Origin: Eubacteriales bacterium | Lineage (GTDB): Bacteria > Bacillota > Clostridia > Oscillospirales > CAG-382 | Length of the DNA stretch: 64,000 nucleotides | Direction of reading: 5' to 3' | NCBI GenBank assembly: GCA_045577455.1 | Contig: JAZNIJ010000160.1 | Span: 9,605 to 73,604 of the forward strand | Shown here: piece by piece, positions 23,901 through 31,357 of the stretch | Layout of the letters: every line of letters begins with the position of its first letter | How positions within the stretch are numbered: position 1 is the first letter of the stretch | Made by a program: the position numbers and the translations under genes | Notes under the pieces: generated by a model | The model's database searches: none | Seen by the model: the letters and a program-made list of their open reading frames with translations, nothing else | Told to the model about the DNA's origin: nothing

Positions 23901-26036
23901 ACAGTTGTTCCAAAGTATGCACCTGTTTCAAGTATGTCAGAGTTTTTGTCGCAAGATTATAAAAACGGCTCTTCCGTTTTCTTCCTCGATACTTTGACAG
24001 TGGAATTGAATGTGAAAGATGTAGGTTTAAGAGTAGATTATTATTTAGATCCATTAAAGGCAAATCTGACAGACGGCGTTTTGACAATCTGGGGCAAAGG
24101 TGATATGCCCGATTATTCGTCTTATTCTGATGTGCCGTGGTATAATGAAAGAGAGAAAATTACTAAGGTTGTTATAAAAAAAGGAGTAACAAGTATCGGA
24201 GATTGTGCTTTTGCTCTTTGCTCATACCTTGCGAGCATAACCATCCCAGACAGCGTAACAAGTATAGGGGATTATGCTTTCTGTTGGCGCGACTCTCTTG
24301 CGAGCATAACCATCCCTGACAGCGTAACAAGTATAGGGGATTATGCTTTCTTTAGTTGCGACTCCCTTGTAAGCGTAACCATCCCCGACAGCGTAACAAG
24401 TATAGGGGATTATGCTTTCGCTAATTGTTCCTCCCTTGCAAGCATAGTAGTATCAAGTGGAAATAAGGTATATCACAGTAAGAATAACTGTTTGATTGAA
24501 ACCAAAACCAAAATCTTAATAAAAGGTTGTAAAAACAGTATTATTCCAACAGACGGCAGCGTAACAAGTATAGGGGATTCGGCTTTCTATAGTTGCGACT
24601 CCCTTGTAAGCATAAACATCCCCGACAGCGTAACAAGTATAGGGGATGGTGCTTTCGGCTGGTGCGACGCTCTTGCAAGCATAACCATACCCGACAGCGT
24701 AGCAAGTATTGGGAGCGACGCTTTTTCTGGTTGCACGTCTCTTGCAAGCATAACCATACCGAAAAGCGTAATGAGTATAGGGTGGGGTGCTTTCGATGAT
24801 TGCGTTTCTCTTGAAAGTGTAATATTTGAAAATCCAAACGGATGGTATGTAACAAAAACAAATGGCGAATCAAGCGGAACAAAGGTTACAGTAACAAATA
24901 AATCCACCGCTGCGGATTATTTAACCGATACATACGAGTTCTACTATTGGTATCGCAATAGTGATTCGGGAAAAAATTATGATTTAGCTCCATTAAAGGC
25001 AAATCTGACAGACGGCGTTTTGACAATCTGGGGTGAAGGTGATATGCCTGATTATTCGTCTAATATTGATGTGCCGTGGTATAATGAAAGAGATAAAATT
25101 ACTGAGGTTGTAATTATGAATGGGGTTACAAGTATAGGGGATTATGCTTTTTATAGTTGCGACTCCCTTGAAAGCATAACCAGCGGAGACAGCGTAACAA
25201 GTATAGGGGATAGTGCTTTCGAGGATTGCTACTCCCTTGAAAGCATAACCATCGGAGACAGCGTAACAAGTATAGGGGATAGTGCTTTCGCTGGTTGCGT
25301 CTCTCTTGTAAGCGTAACCATCCCCGACAGCGTAAACAGTATAGGGGATAGAGCTTTCGCTTGTTGCGCCTCACTTGCAAGCGTAACCATCCCCGACGGT
25401 GTAACAAGTATAGGGGATTGTGCTTTCGACTGTTGCTACTCTCTTGAAAACATAGTAGTATCAAGTGGAAATAAGGTGTATCACAGTACAAATAACTGTT
25501 TGATTGAAACATCAACCAAAACCTTAATATTAGGGTGTAAAAACAGCGTTATTCCAACAGACGGTAGCGTAACAAGTATAGGGGATAGTGCTTTCTGTGG
25601 TTGCGACTCCATTACAAGCATAATCATACCCGAAGGCGTAACGAGTATAGGGGATAATGCTTTCACTTATTGCTTCTCCCTTGTCAGCATAACCATCCCT
25701 GACAGCGTAACAAGTATAGGGGATTGGGTTTTCGCTTATTGTTCCTCCCTTGTAAGCATAAACATCCCCGACAGCGTAACAAGTATAGGGGATGGTGCTT
25801 TCGGCTGGTGCGACGCTCTTGCAAGCATAACCATACCCAACAGCGTAACAAGTATAGGATATGGCGCTTTCTATGGTTGCTCTTATCTTGAAAGTGTAAT
25901 ATTTGAAGATCCTTACGGATGGTATGTAACAAATACAAAGGGCGTATCAAGCGGGGTTACCGTAACAAACAAATCCACTGCTGCGGATTATTTAACCAAT
26001 ACATACTGCTGGTACTACTACTGGGATCGCAAATAA
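20943..26036 (+). CDS. giant secreted protein (about 1697 aa): dockerin + large central region + two BspA-type LRR_5 modules
   Basis: GGAGG lies 12 nt before ATG 20943; ATG 20958 is an alternative start. Signal peptide MKKISVLLLFSILISLFSNVVSA. Carries a dockerin and two modules LKANLTDGVLTIWG...YYWYR/YYWDRK. Confidence 0.85.
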   Translation: MQRKNMKKISVLLLFSILISLFSNVVSALKVNGEAVESVGQATQQDVTIGEISQDETLETGDNAEGFLANSTFRYGVTPENDVTLLMSEKTVFSEFKQKLGSDKVLNITRDGSEIPSDDIIRTGDIISINGEESIAEVIGDVDGDGIITSTDYLQIKKYFLKTFDLEGAYFSAGDTDNNGNINSTDYIQVKSYFLKIYNFFEVETEIEETLAEEMFLPKCGNDFSFLVNFNGSLSELLENVKVYHVVDDVNIPVNYSVAVDGESVYRISPETTYENYEIYTVELSGDASFVDYKAKSITFEVGGPDKENIDFENNIIFLKNLESLSPGYYPYTISFDEEKELYTLTLSKGDGFTDELIGKILAVGDYSSEAEVLADSSKELYFGKIQKIYQSGKSTIVEMTAPELDELFATLDVFTNQYSGDMAIEFNEDLENEIVGAIQESDAFVEHIAAANLAAKDYALEHGVVAVDLVGKSFKDYFDFELTKKEFMHHDGGYCTVDIEGKLTCTIPLKTTGGTDVGSIKITCTAGIKSDIWFYGHCNTKDMHLGVTTKTTVTLGFNLTIKAEASLNDEMHYYVNRTTKTIHTSTCRYVEKVIDVSHMDVYTAKALLNLYPDMDAMKKDECKVCKAVSGLDGTAYVLNISSNTLHCLNCIHVTTIANHNVFEIYPEHVDGYNLCEDCKPQEREAKDFEQRMLNRMQGGDWAAEVEKLRSLMQNSGNASNGNGKGMDIGEVPFKFLGVFDFRLTLELVCNFDLEATIDCSFTFYSEDQFGVRVDHKNSSTYHNQVDKWDKKTIDVTGKVDLELGLNIHINASIIGLKDCISVYLDAGTGVYAMLSGVLHFESGTAENLDNYYAAYFEMGFYYDISGGFKLFKWGKEITIIEGRVPILQRGYERAYYSFENYAPTLDITFNYTHLGNTDVLGVEYFNVKELKKETAKLNPEGDAQYYVKYAFKNADGTINPYFSYGQGGIKISDDAPKTFTAYMEITVVPKYAPVSSMSEFLSQDYKNGSSVFFLDTLTVELNVKDVGLRVDYYLDPLKANLTDGVLTIWGKGDMPDYSSYSDVPWYNEREKITKVVIKKGVTSIGDCAFALCSYLASITIPDSVTSIGDYAFCWRDSLASITIPDSVTSIGDYAFFSCDSLVSVTIPDSVTSIGDYAFANCSSLASIVVSSGNKVYHSKNNCLIETKTKILIKGCKNSIIPTDGSVTSIGDSAFYSCDSLVSINIPDSVTSIGDGAFGWCDALASITIPDSVASIGSDAFSGCTSLASITIPKSVMSIGWGAFDDCVSLESVIFENPNGWYVTKTNGESSGTKVTVTNKSTAADYLTDTYEFYYWYRNSDSGKNYDLAPLKANLTDGVLTIWGEGDMPDYSSNIDVPWYNERDKITEVVIMNGVTSIGDYAFYSCDSLESITSGDSVTSIGDSAFEDCYSLESITIGDSVTSIGDSAFAGCVSLVSVTIPDSVNSIGDRAFACCASLASVTIPDGVTSIGDCAFDCCYSLENIVVSSGNKVYHSTNNCLIETSTKTLILGCKNSVIPTDGSVTSIGDSAFCGCDSITSIIIPEGVTSIGDNAFTYCFSLVSITIPDSVTSIGDWVFAYCSSLVSINIPDSVTSIGDGAFGWCDALASITIPNSVTSIGYGAFYGCSYLESVIFEDPYGWYVTNTKGVSSGVTVTNKSTAADYLTNTYCWYYYWDRK
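21360..21536 (+). other. dockerin type I module inside the giant protein
   Basis: Duplicated Ca-binding loops DVDGDGIITSTDYLQIKKYF and DTDNNGNINSTDYIQVKSYF. Confidence 0.8.
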
Positions 26037-26039
26037 AAA

Positions 26040-26360
26040 GCTTTATTGGTGATATGTGATAAGATTGAAGTGTGAAGTGTGGAGTTTGGAGCTTGCAAGT
26101 GAAAAAGTTATCTTTGTTCCACCAAATATGGATAATGATACAACTACACAGCATACCCCCACTTTTAGCATTTTCGGACTATTATACTAATCCTCAACAT
26201 AACGCATAGCGGATTAAAAGTTTTTGGGTGTGGGTGTTTTTTCAAAAACACCCACAAAACCTTCGTTAAAGAAAACCAAAGTTGAAGCAACCCCGCGTCT
26301 GACACCCACGAAAACTATCGTTAAAGCAAACACCCACGAAAACAAAAGTTAATGCAAATA
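26040..26360 (+). repeat. composite intergenic repeat, full copy (E3)
   Basis: A degenerate gtgata/gtggag simple repeat, then gtgaaaaagttatc...acgcatagcggattaaaagtttttGGGTGTGGGTGTTTTTTCAAAAACACCCAC and CACCCACGAAAA subrepeats. Confidence 0.8.
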
Positions 26361-26388
26361 AAAAAATCTGCACCATTTTTGATGCAGA
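26360..26388 (-). terminator. intrinsic terminator of the XRE gene
   Basis: On the minus strand: TCTGCA-tcaaaaatgg-TGCAGA followed by TTTTTTT. Confidence 0.65.
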
Positions 26389-26397
26389 CTTAATATG

Positions 26398-26730
26398 TTA
26401 ATTCTTCTTGTGGCTATGATTTATCATTGTATCAATGACATCGTAGATACGAAGTCGGTCTTCTTCTGACAGCTTTTCAATTTGTTCGGTGAGCTTTGAG
26501 CTTTTAACTTTATAACCCGTTGTAATAACATCAGCAAGCAATAAATCAGCCGAAACTTCTAATGCGTTGGCTATTTCTATAAACTTATCCAAGCGAGGAA
26601 GCCGTTCGCCTCGTTCAATCATTCCGATATATGTTACGCTTAAATTAGTTTTTTCCGCAAGGTCATCTTGACGCATATATTTCGCTTCTCTATATTGGCG
26701 TATTCTTTTTCCAATGGATGTTTTTGACAT
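26398..26730 (-). CDS. XRE-family HTH transcriptional regulator
   Basis: 110 aa. MRQDDLAEKTNLSVTYIGMIERGERLP HTH. Confidence 0.8.
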   Translation of the reverse strand: MSKTSIGKRIRQYREAKYMRQDDLAEKTNLSVTYIGMIERGERLPRLDKFIEIANALEVSADLLLADVITTGYKVKSSKLTEQIEKLSEEDRLRIYDVIDTMINHSHKKN

Positions 26731-26881
26731 CGTGTATTCCTGCTTTCAATTTTTGTGTAACTAACAGTATAAGTATACAACATTTAGTTTTGATTATACA
26801 GAAACATAGCGTATTAAAACATAACACTCTGTTGCTTTTTTAGCTAAAATATGTTATTATCTAAAAACACGGAGGAAATTT

Positions 26882-27331
26882 GTGAAAAAAACAACCGCTA
26901 TGTTTATAGGACACAGGGACATTCACGAAGAAAATGAAACAGCAATAAGGGATTATATAATAACGCTGATAAATAGTGGCATAACAGATTTTCTTTGCGG
27001 AGGAATGGGAAACTTTGATTGGATGTGTGCAAGAATGGTTTATGAGTTGAAGAAAGAGTATAAATATATTCGTTGTTTTTTAGTCATACCCTATCTTACA
27101 TTTAACATAAAAGAGCGCATTTATTTTGATGATGTTATTTATCCCGAAGGATTGGAAAAATATCACTTCAAATCGGCAATTATTGCTCGGAATAAATATA
27201 TGATTGAGAATTCTTCACACGCTGTATGTTTCGTTTCATATACTTTCGGTGGAGCAATTCAAACATATAAAAAAGCTGTGAAAAAAGGATTGATAATCAA
27301 AAATTTCGGTTCTTTGTCAGCATCGTTGTAG
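26882..27331 (+). CDS. DUF1273 / YpsA-like SLOG-family protein
   Basis: GTG start 6 nt after GGAGGA. MFIGHRD...ITDFLCGGMGNFDWMCARMV...AIIARNKYMIENSSHAVCF resembles the YpsA/DUF1273 pattern. Confidence 0.6.
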   Translation: MKKTTAMFIGHRDIHEENETAIRDYIITLINSGITDFLCGGMGNFDWMCARMVYELKKEYKYIRCFLVIPYLTFNIKERIYFDDVIYPEGLEKYHFKSAIIARNKYMIENSSHAVCFVSYTFGGAIQTYKKAVKKGLIIKNFGSLSASL

Positions 27332-27334
27332 TGA

Positions 27335-27620
27335 TTGAAAATTGAAAAGTAGAGGGTGGAGTTTGGAGTGTTGAGCGTGGAGCGTGGAGCTGACGTGTGA
27401 AAAAGTTACCTTTATTTCGTTTTTATAGATAATGATGCAAATCTATAGTTAACCCCCACTTTAGCAGTTTCGGACGATATTATACCAAGTTGCAACATAA
27501 CGCATAGCGAAATAAAGTTTTTGGGTGTGGGTGTGCTGGCAAGTGATAAGTGATAAGTGATAGGTGATAAGTGATAAGCGAAGCAAACACCCACAAAACC
27601 TTCGTTAAAGCGATGAGCAA
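27335..27620 (+). repeat. composite intergenic repeat (E4) with a heptamer array inserted in its palindrome
   Basis: A gtggag-type simple repeat, then gtgaaaaagttacctttatttcg...acgcatagcgaaataaagtttttgggtgtgggtgt. GTGATAA x5 at 27543-27577 precedes ...acacccacaaaacc. Confidence 0.8.
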
Positions 27621-27826
27621 CTAAATAATACAGATTAAGGTGCGGTTCTTTAGTCGAGAACCGTACTTTTCCTTTCGCAATAATTGTGAATTTGAAAGGT
27701 AATTATGATATTGAAAGATTTATATGGTGATTAAATTAGTGTTTTGGAAATAATAGTAAGTAATGATTTGTTTAGTTGAAAATATGATGTTGTCCAAAAA
27801 ATAAAATCTCAGATGTAATTTAAAAG

Positions 27827-28807
27827 CTATATCATATTGCTTTTTTTTAGTGCCGCCGCAAAGAATTCGTCTGTATCAAAAGAAGAAAAGTATTCATCGT
27901 CGGGGACATCTTCCCATCTTCGGTTAATTATCCAATTACTGCAAAGTGGGATGTATTTTCCTCGTTCTTTAGTCCAATTTTCACTCACTTTATCCCGTTT
28001 CAATGATGAAATTATCTTCTTTCTCAACTCGCTGTCGGGCTTTAACTTAAGGTATTCTTTTCTTGCTGATTCTTTGTTTAACCTCTTGGGATAAAGCCCC
28101 CAGAATTCTTCAAAGCAGGCGTTCAGGTCTGCATTGTTATCAACAACTGTATCAGATTTTGTTTTTTTTATAGGCGTAGAGTCATTTAATGATGCATCCT
28201 TATGTATGGGGGTATCGCTGTTTTGTGATATGCTATTGTTTACAGTTGTATTGTTGTTTGATGATGCGTTGTTATTCGTATGGGGAATGTGGTTTAATGA
28301 TATATCATTGTTTATATGGGTATTGTTGTTTGATGCTATATCGTTGTTTATAGGGGTATTGTTGTTTGATGCTATATCGTTGTTTACAGGTTTATTGTTG
28401 TTTGATGATGCATTGTTATCTACGGGTGTATTGTTGTTTGTGGTTGTATCATTCTTAGGCGTTGCCTTATTTGCAGGTGTAACGCAGTTTGGAGATGCGC
28501 AATTATTTCCGTTTTGAGCAAGATTTTCTGACGGCTCAGAGGCGGGTGTATTTGCTCTCACTTCTCCGCTTCTTTTGCCGGCGGCACGCCTTTTTTCCAC
28601 AATTTCCTCGTATTTTTTCATATCTCGTTCCATATGTTGAGAGATAAAACTGAACGCAACAAGTAATTTTTCGGAGAGAGTTGGGGGTGTTCTGTTTATG
28701 GCGTATTCAAATACAGCTTTGTACAGCTTGCCGAATTCCTCGTCTGAAAAGTTGTTCACAAGACGGTATTCATCGATATAAAATATAACGCTGCCTTTGT
28801 TACTCAT
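27827..28807 (-). CDS. phage/plasmid replication-associated protein with an Asn-rich repeat linker
   Basis: N-terminal FYIDEYRLVNNFSDEEFGKLYKAVFEYA (DUF6291-like). C-terminal FEEFWGLYPKR...NWIINRRWEDV motif, common in mobile-element replication-organiser proteins. The middle is (NNNTPxNNDIAS)n. Confidence 0.55.
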   Translation of the reverse strand: MSNKGSVIFYIDEYRLVNNFSDEEFGKLYKAVFEYAINRTPPTLSEKLLVAFSFISQHMERDMKKYEEIVEKRRAAGKRSGEVRANTPASEPSENLAQNGNNCASPNCVTPANKATPKNDTTTNNNTPVDNNASSNNNKPVNNDIASNNNTPINNDIASNNNTHINNDISLNHIPHTNNNASSNNNTTVNNSISQNSDTPIHKDASLNDSTPIKKTKSDTVVDNNADLNACFEEFWGLYPKRLNKESARKEYLKLKPDSELRKKIISSLKRDKVSENWTKERGKYIPLCSNWIINRRWEDVPDDEYFSSFDTDEFFAAALKKSNMI

Positions 28808-29058
28808 TCTCCGTCCTCTTCTTTGGGGTAATCTTTGATTTCAAACAGAACAACGGAATAATCTTTATATTCCTTACCGTTGTTTTCTATAATGAAGTTA
28901 AATATTCCTTTTTCTTCCTTGGAAAGTTCGGGAATAGGTTGTTTTAAATAATGCATACATAAGCTATGGTATATAGCTAAAAATGATTCCAATGGGAGAG
29001 AGTGCAAAAGTTTCATCAAAATAGTGTCAATTCTCAAACGGAGTTTTACGTTTTTCAT
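28804..29058 (-). CDS. hypothetical protein
   Basis: 84-aa ORF coupled to the downstream gene. No motif recognised. Confidence 0.4.
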   Translation of the reverse strand: MKNVKLRLRIDTILMKLLHSLPLESFLAIYHSLCMHYLKQPIPELSKEEKGIFNFIIENNGKEYKDYSVVLFEIKDYPKEEDGE

Positions 29059-29122
29059 AAAAATGTCCTTTCTTTATATGTTTTTTATTTTTTGTTTCTT
29101 TTCTGTATTTTACATCTTTTTA

Positions 29123-29320
29123 CCCGTCAGTTATCACGCGGTTTGCGTTTCTGAAGTGATTTTATCATAATCAGGGTGTCAGTTATCACACAGTTTGCAG
29201 ATTATTTCTTGAAACAATCTTATCACTGCAAGGGTGTCAGTTATCACACAATTTGCGTTTCTGAAGTGATTTTATCATAATCAGGGTGTCAGTTATCACA
29301 CAATTTGCAGATTGTATTTA
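29123..29320. repeat. iteron-like array: four GGGTGTCAGTTATCACACARTTTGC repeats (a two-fold 110-bp duplication)
   Basis: Copies at 29123-29146, 29174-29198, 29232-29256 and 29284-29308, spaced 52/58/52 bp. Directly upstream of the replication-associated operon. Confidence 0.8.
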
Positions 29321-29464
29321 ATAAACTTTGCTTTTTTGTGCAAAATGGCTTCAATAAACTTTGCGTTTTCGTGCATAATATTGATATCCACGCTTGCTTT
29401 TTCGGAAAAACTGTGTTATAATCAGATAAAATGAGAAAACTGAACTATGAAATGAGGAACAGCA

Positions 29465-30805
29465 ATGCTTAAAAGAAAGATATATAATTTGCTCGCCGAG
29501 TGGAAGAAACGCTCAAACGGCACATCTGCATTGTTAATTGACGGTGCTCGCCGTGTTGGGAAAAGTTATGTCGTTAAGAAATTTGCAGAAAATGAATACA
29601 AAAGTCATATTATTATAGATTTTGGTATTGCTCCCAAAGACATACTTGACCTTTTTATCCACGACAGCTCTGACATTGATTTGTTTTTTGCAAAGCTCTC
29701 TGTTTTTTATGGAACTACTCTCCATAAGCGAGAATCGGTTATTGTATTTGATGAGGTGCAACAGTTTCCTCGTGCAAGACAGCTTATTAAATATCTTGTT
29801 GCTGACGGACGGTATGACTATATTGAAACAGGTTCTTTAATTCGTCTGAAGAAAAATGTCAGTGATATAATAATTCCATCGGAAGAAGACCATATAGAAA
29901 TGTTTCCTTTGGACTTTGAAGAATTCCTCTGGGCTATGGGAGATGAGGCGACAGTACCCCTTATTCGCTCTTGCTTTGAAAACAAAAAGCCCCTTGGTCA
30001 GGGGGTTCATAGAAAAATTATGAACGATTTCCGCCAATATGTTCTTGTTGGCGGTATGCCTCAATCAGTTTTAGCGTATCTTGAAGGGAAAAATTTTGAA
30101 GCATCGGATATGGCAAAGAGAAGAATTCTTAAGCTATACAGAGATGATGTTTCAAAATTTGCATCGGGATATGAAGACAAAGTTTTTGCTGTGTTTGATA
30201 ATATCCCGGGTCAGCTTTCCAAAAAAGAGAAAAAATACACCCTTTCTTCCATAAGCAAGGATGCAAGATTCAGAACCTTTGAAGATTCTTTTATATGGTT
30301 GAACGAGGCAATGATAACGAACAACTGCTACAATTCCACTGACCCAAGTGTGGGACTTGCACTCAGCGCAGACAATTCAACGCAGAAATGTTATATGGCA
30401 GATACAGGGCTTCTTGTAACCCAAACTTTTATGGATGGTTCATTCACCGATAATGAGCTTTATCGTGCTATTCTGTTTGATAAGCTCAATATAAACGAAG
30501 GAATGATAATGGAAAATGCGGTTGCCCAAATGCTTCGCACCAACGGACATAAGCTCTATTTTTATTCTCGTTGCGACAACGAAAACCGAGAAAACCATAT
30601 GGAAATAGACTTTCTTATAACCGAAAAAAAGAAAATTTCTCCAATAGAAGTCAAATCGGGAAATTATTCTTCACATTCATCTCTTAATAAATTTAAAAAC
30701 AAATTTTCTTCCAAAATCGGAAACTCATATATTCTCTATTCCAAAGATGTTTCAGTTAAAGACGGAATAATTCATTTGCCCTTTTATATGGCTATGTTTC
30801 TCTGA
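29465..30805 (+). CDS. AAA_14 ATPase - DUF4143 (PD-(D/E)xK-like) protein, paralogue 1
   Basis: Walker A GARRVGKSY, Walker B VIVFDEVQ, C-terminal MEIDFLITEKKKISPIEVKSG (D...E-x-K). Confidence 0.8.
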   Translation: MLKRKIYNLLAEWKKRSNGTSALLIDGARRVGKSYVVKKFAENEYKSHIIIDFGIAPKDILDLFIHDSSDIDLFFAKLSVFYGTTLHKRESVIVFDEVQQFPRARQLIKYLVADGRYDYIETGSLIRLKKNVSDIIIPSEEDHIEMFPLDFEEFLWAMGDEATVPLIRSCFENKKPLGQGVHRKIMNDFRQYVLVGGMPQSVLAYLEGKNFEASDMAKRRILKLYRDDVSKFASGYEDKVFAVFDNIPGQLSKKEKKYTLSSISKDARFRTFEDSFIWLNEAMITNNCYNSTDPSVGLALSADNSTQKCYMADTGLLVTQTFMDGSFTDNELYRAILFDKLNINEGMIMENAVAQMLRTNGHKLYFYSRCDNENRENHMEIDFLITEKKKISPIEVKSGNYSSHSSLNKFKNKFSSKIGNSYILYSKDVSVKDGIIHLPFYMAMFL

Positions 30806-30812
30806 TTCCGTG

Positions 30813-30860
30813 GAGCTGTTATAAATGTAAAACGCATTTGTAACAGCTTCTTTTGTTTTT
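30813..30860 (+). terminator. intrinsic terminator
   Basis: AGCTGTTAtAAATG-loop-CATTTgTAACAGCT followed by TCTTTTGTTTTTT. Confidence 0.7.
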
Positions 30861-31046
30861 TGCAGAGGATAGTATTATAGTATTCTTTATCTTTTAATAA
30901 CAATTCATTGCCCTTGCGTTTGCAAAATAAGCCAACCGAAAACCCAAAAACTGTATTTTAAAATCATTGCCCTTGCGCTGGCGAAGTGAAGATTTCAAAA
31001 AACAATGTGCAGGGTGGGGAAGAAATGTTTTTATGGGTTGGTAATG

Positions 31047-31165
31047 CACAAGAGCAAGTACAAGTACAAGTACAAGAGCAAGTACAAGTACAAGTACAAG
31101 AGCAAGTACAAGAACAAGTACAAGTACAAGTACAAGTACAAGTACAAGTACAAGTACAAGTACAC
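31047..31165. repeat. (GTACAA)n hexamer microsatellite, about 20 units with GAGCAA variants
   Basis: ...caagagcaagtacaagtacaagtacaagag...gtacaagtacaagtacac. Confidence 0.95.
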
Positions 31166-31292
31166 TGAACACTTTTTAACAGGATTAACAAGTGTTAAAT
31201 CAAGAGTTTAAAAAATGCTACCGTTAGGGTAAATAATTATGAAAAAAACTCTTGAAAAGGGGGATAAAAGGGTAAAAAACAGCGTAAAGTGA

Positions 31293-31321
31293 TTGACAAA
31301 CAGTTAAAAAAATGATAAAAT
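31293..31321 (+). promoter_or_regulatory. sigma-A promoter of the tviB-like operon
   Basis: TTGACA (31293-31298), 17-nt spacer ending in TGA, TAAAAT (31316-31321). Confidence 0.65.
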
Positions 31322-31357
31322 GAAAATGGTATGTAATATAGTTACGGGAGATAAAAA

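Noticed and set aside
24541-25950. Many 60-130-aa antisense ORFs inside the LRR genes (for example 24541..24882, 25126..25515, 25684..25950, 34195..34533, 35343..35741).
   Set aside because: They are mirror images of the periodic LRR coding repeats. They have no starts with an RBS and are fully contained in long, well-supported sense ORFs.
30894-31211. ORFs encoding VLVL.., CTCT.. and KYKY.. repeats.
   Set aside because: They are translations of the (GTACAA)n microsatellite in different frames and strands.
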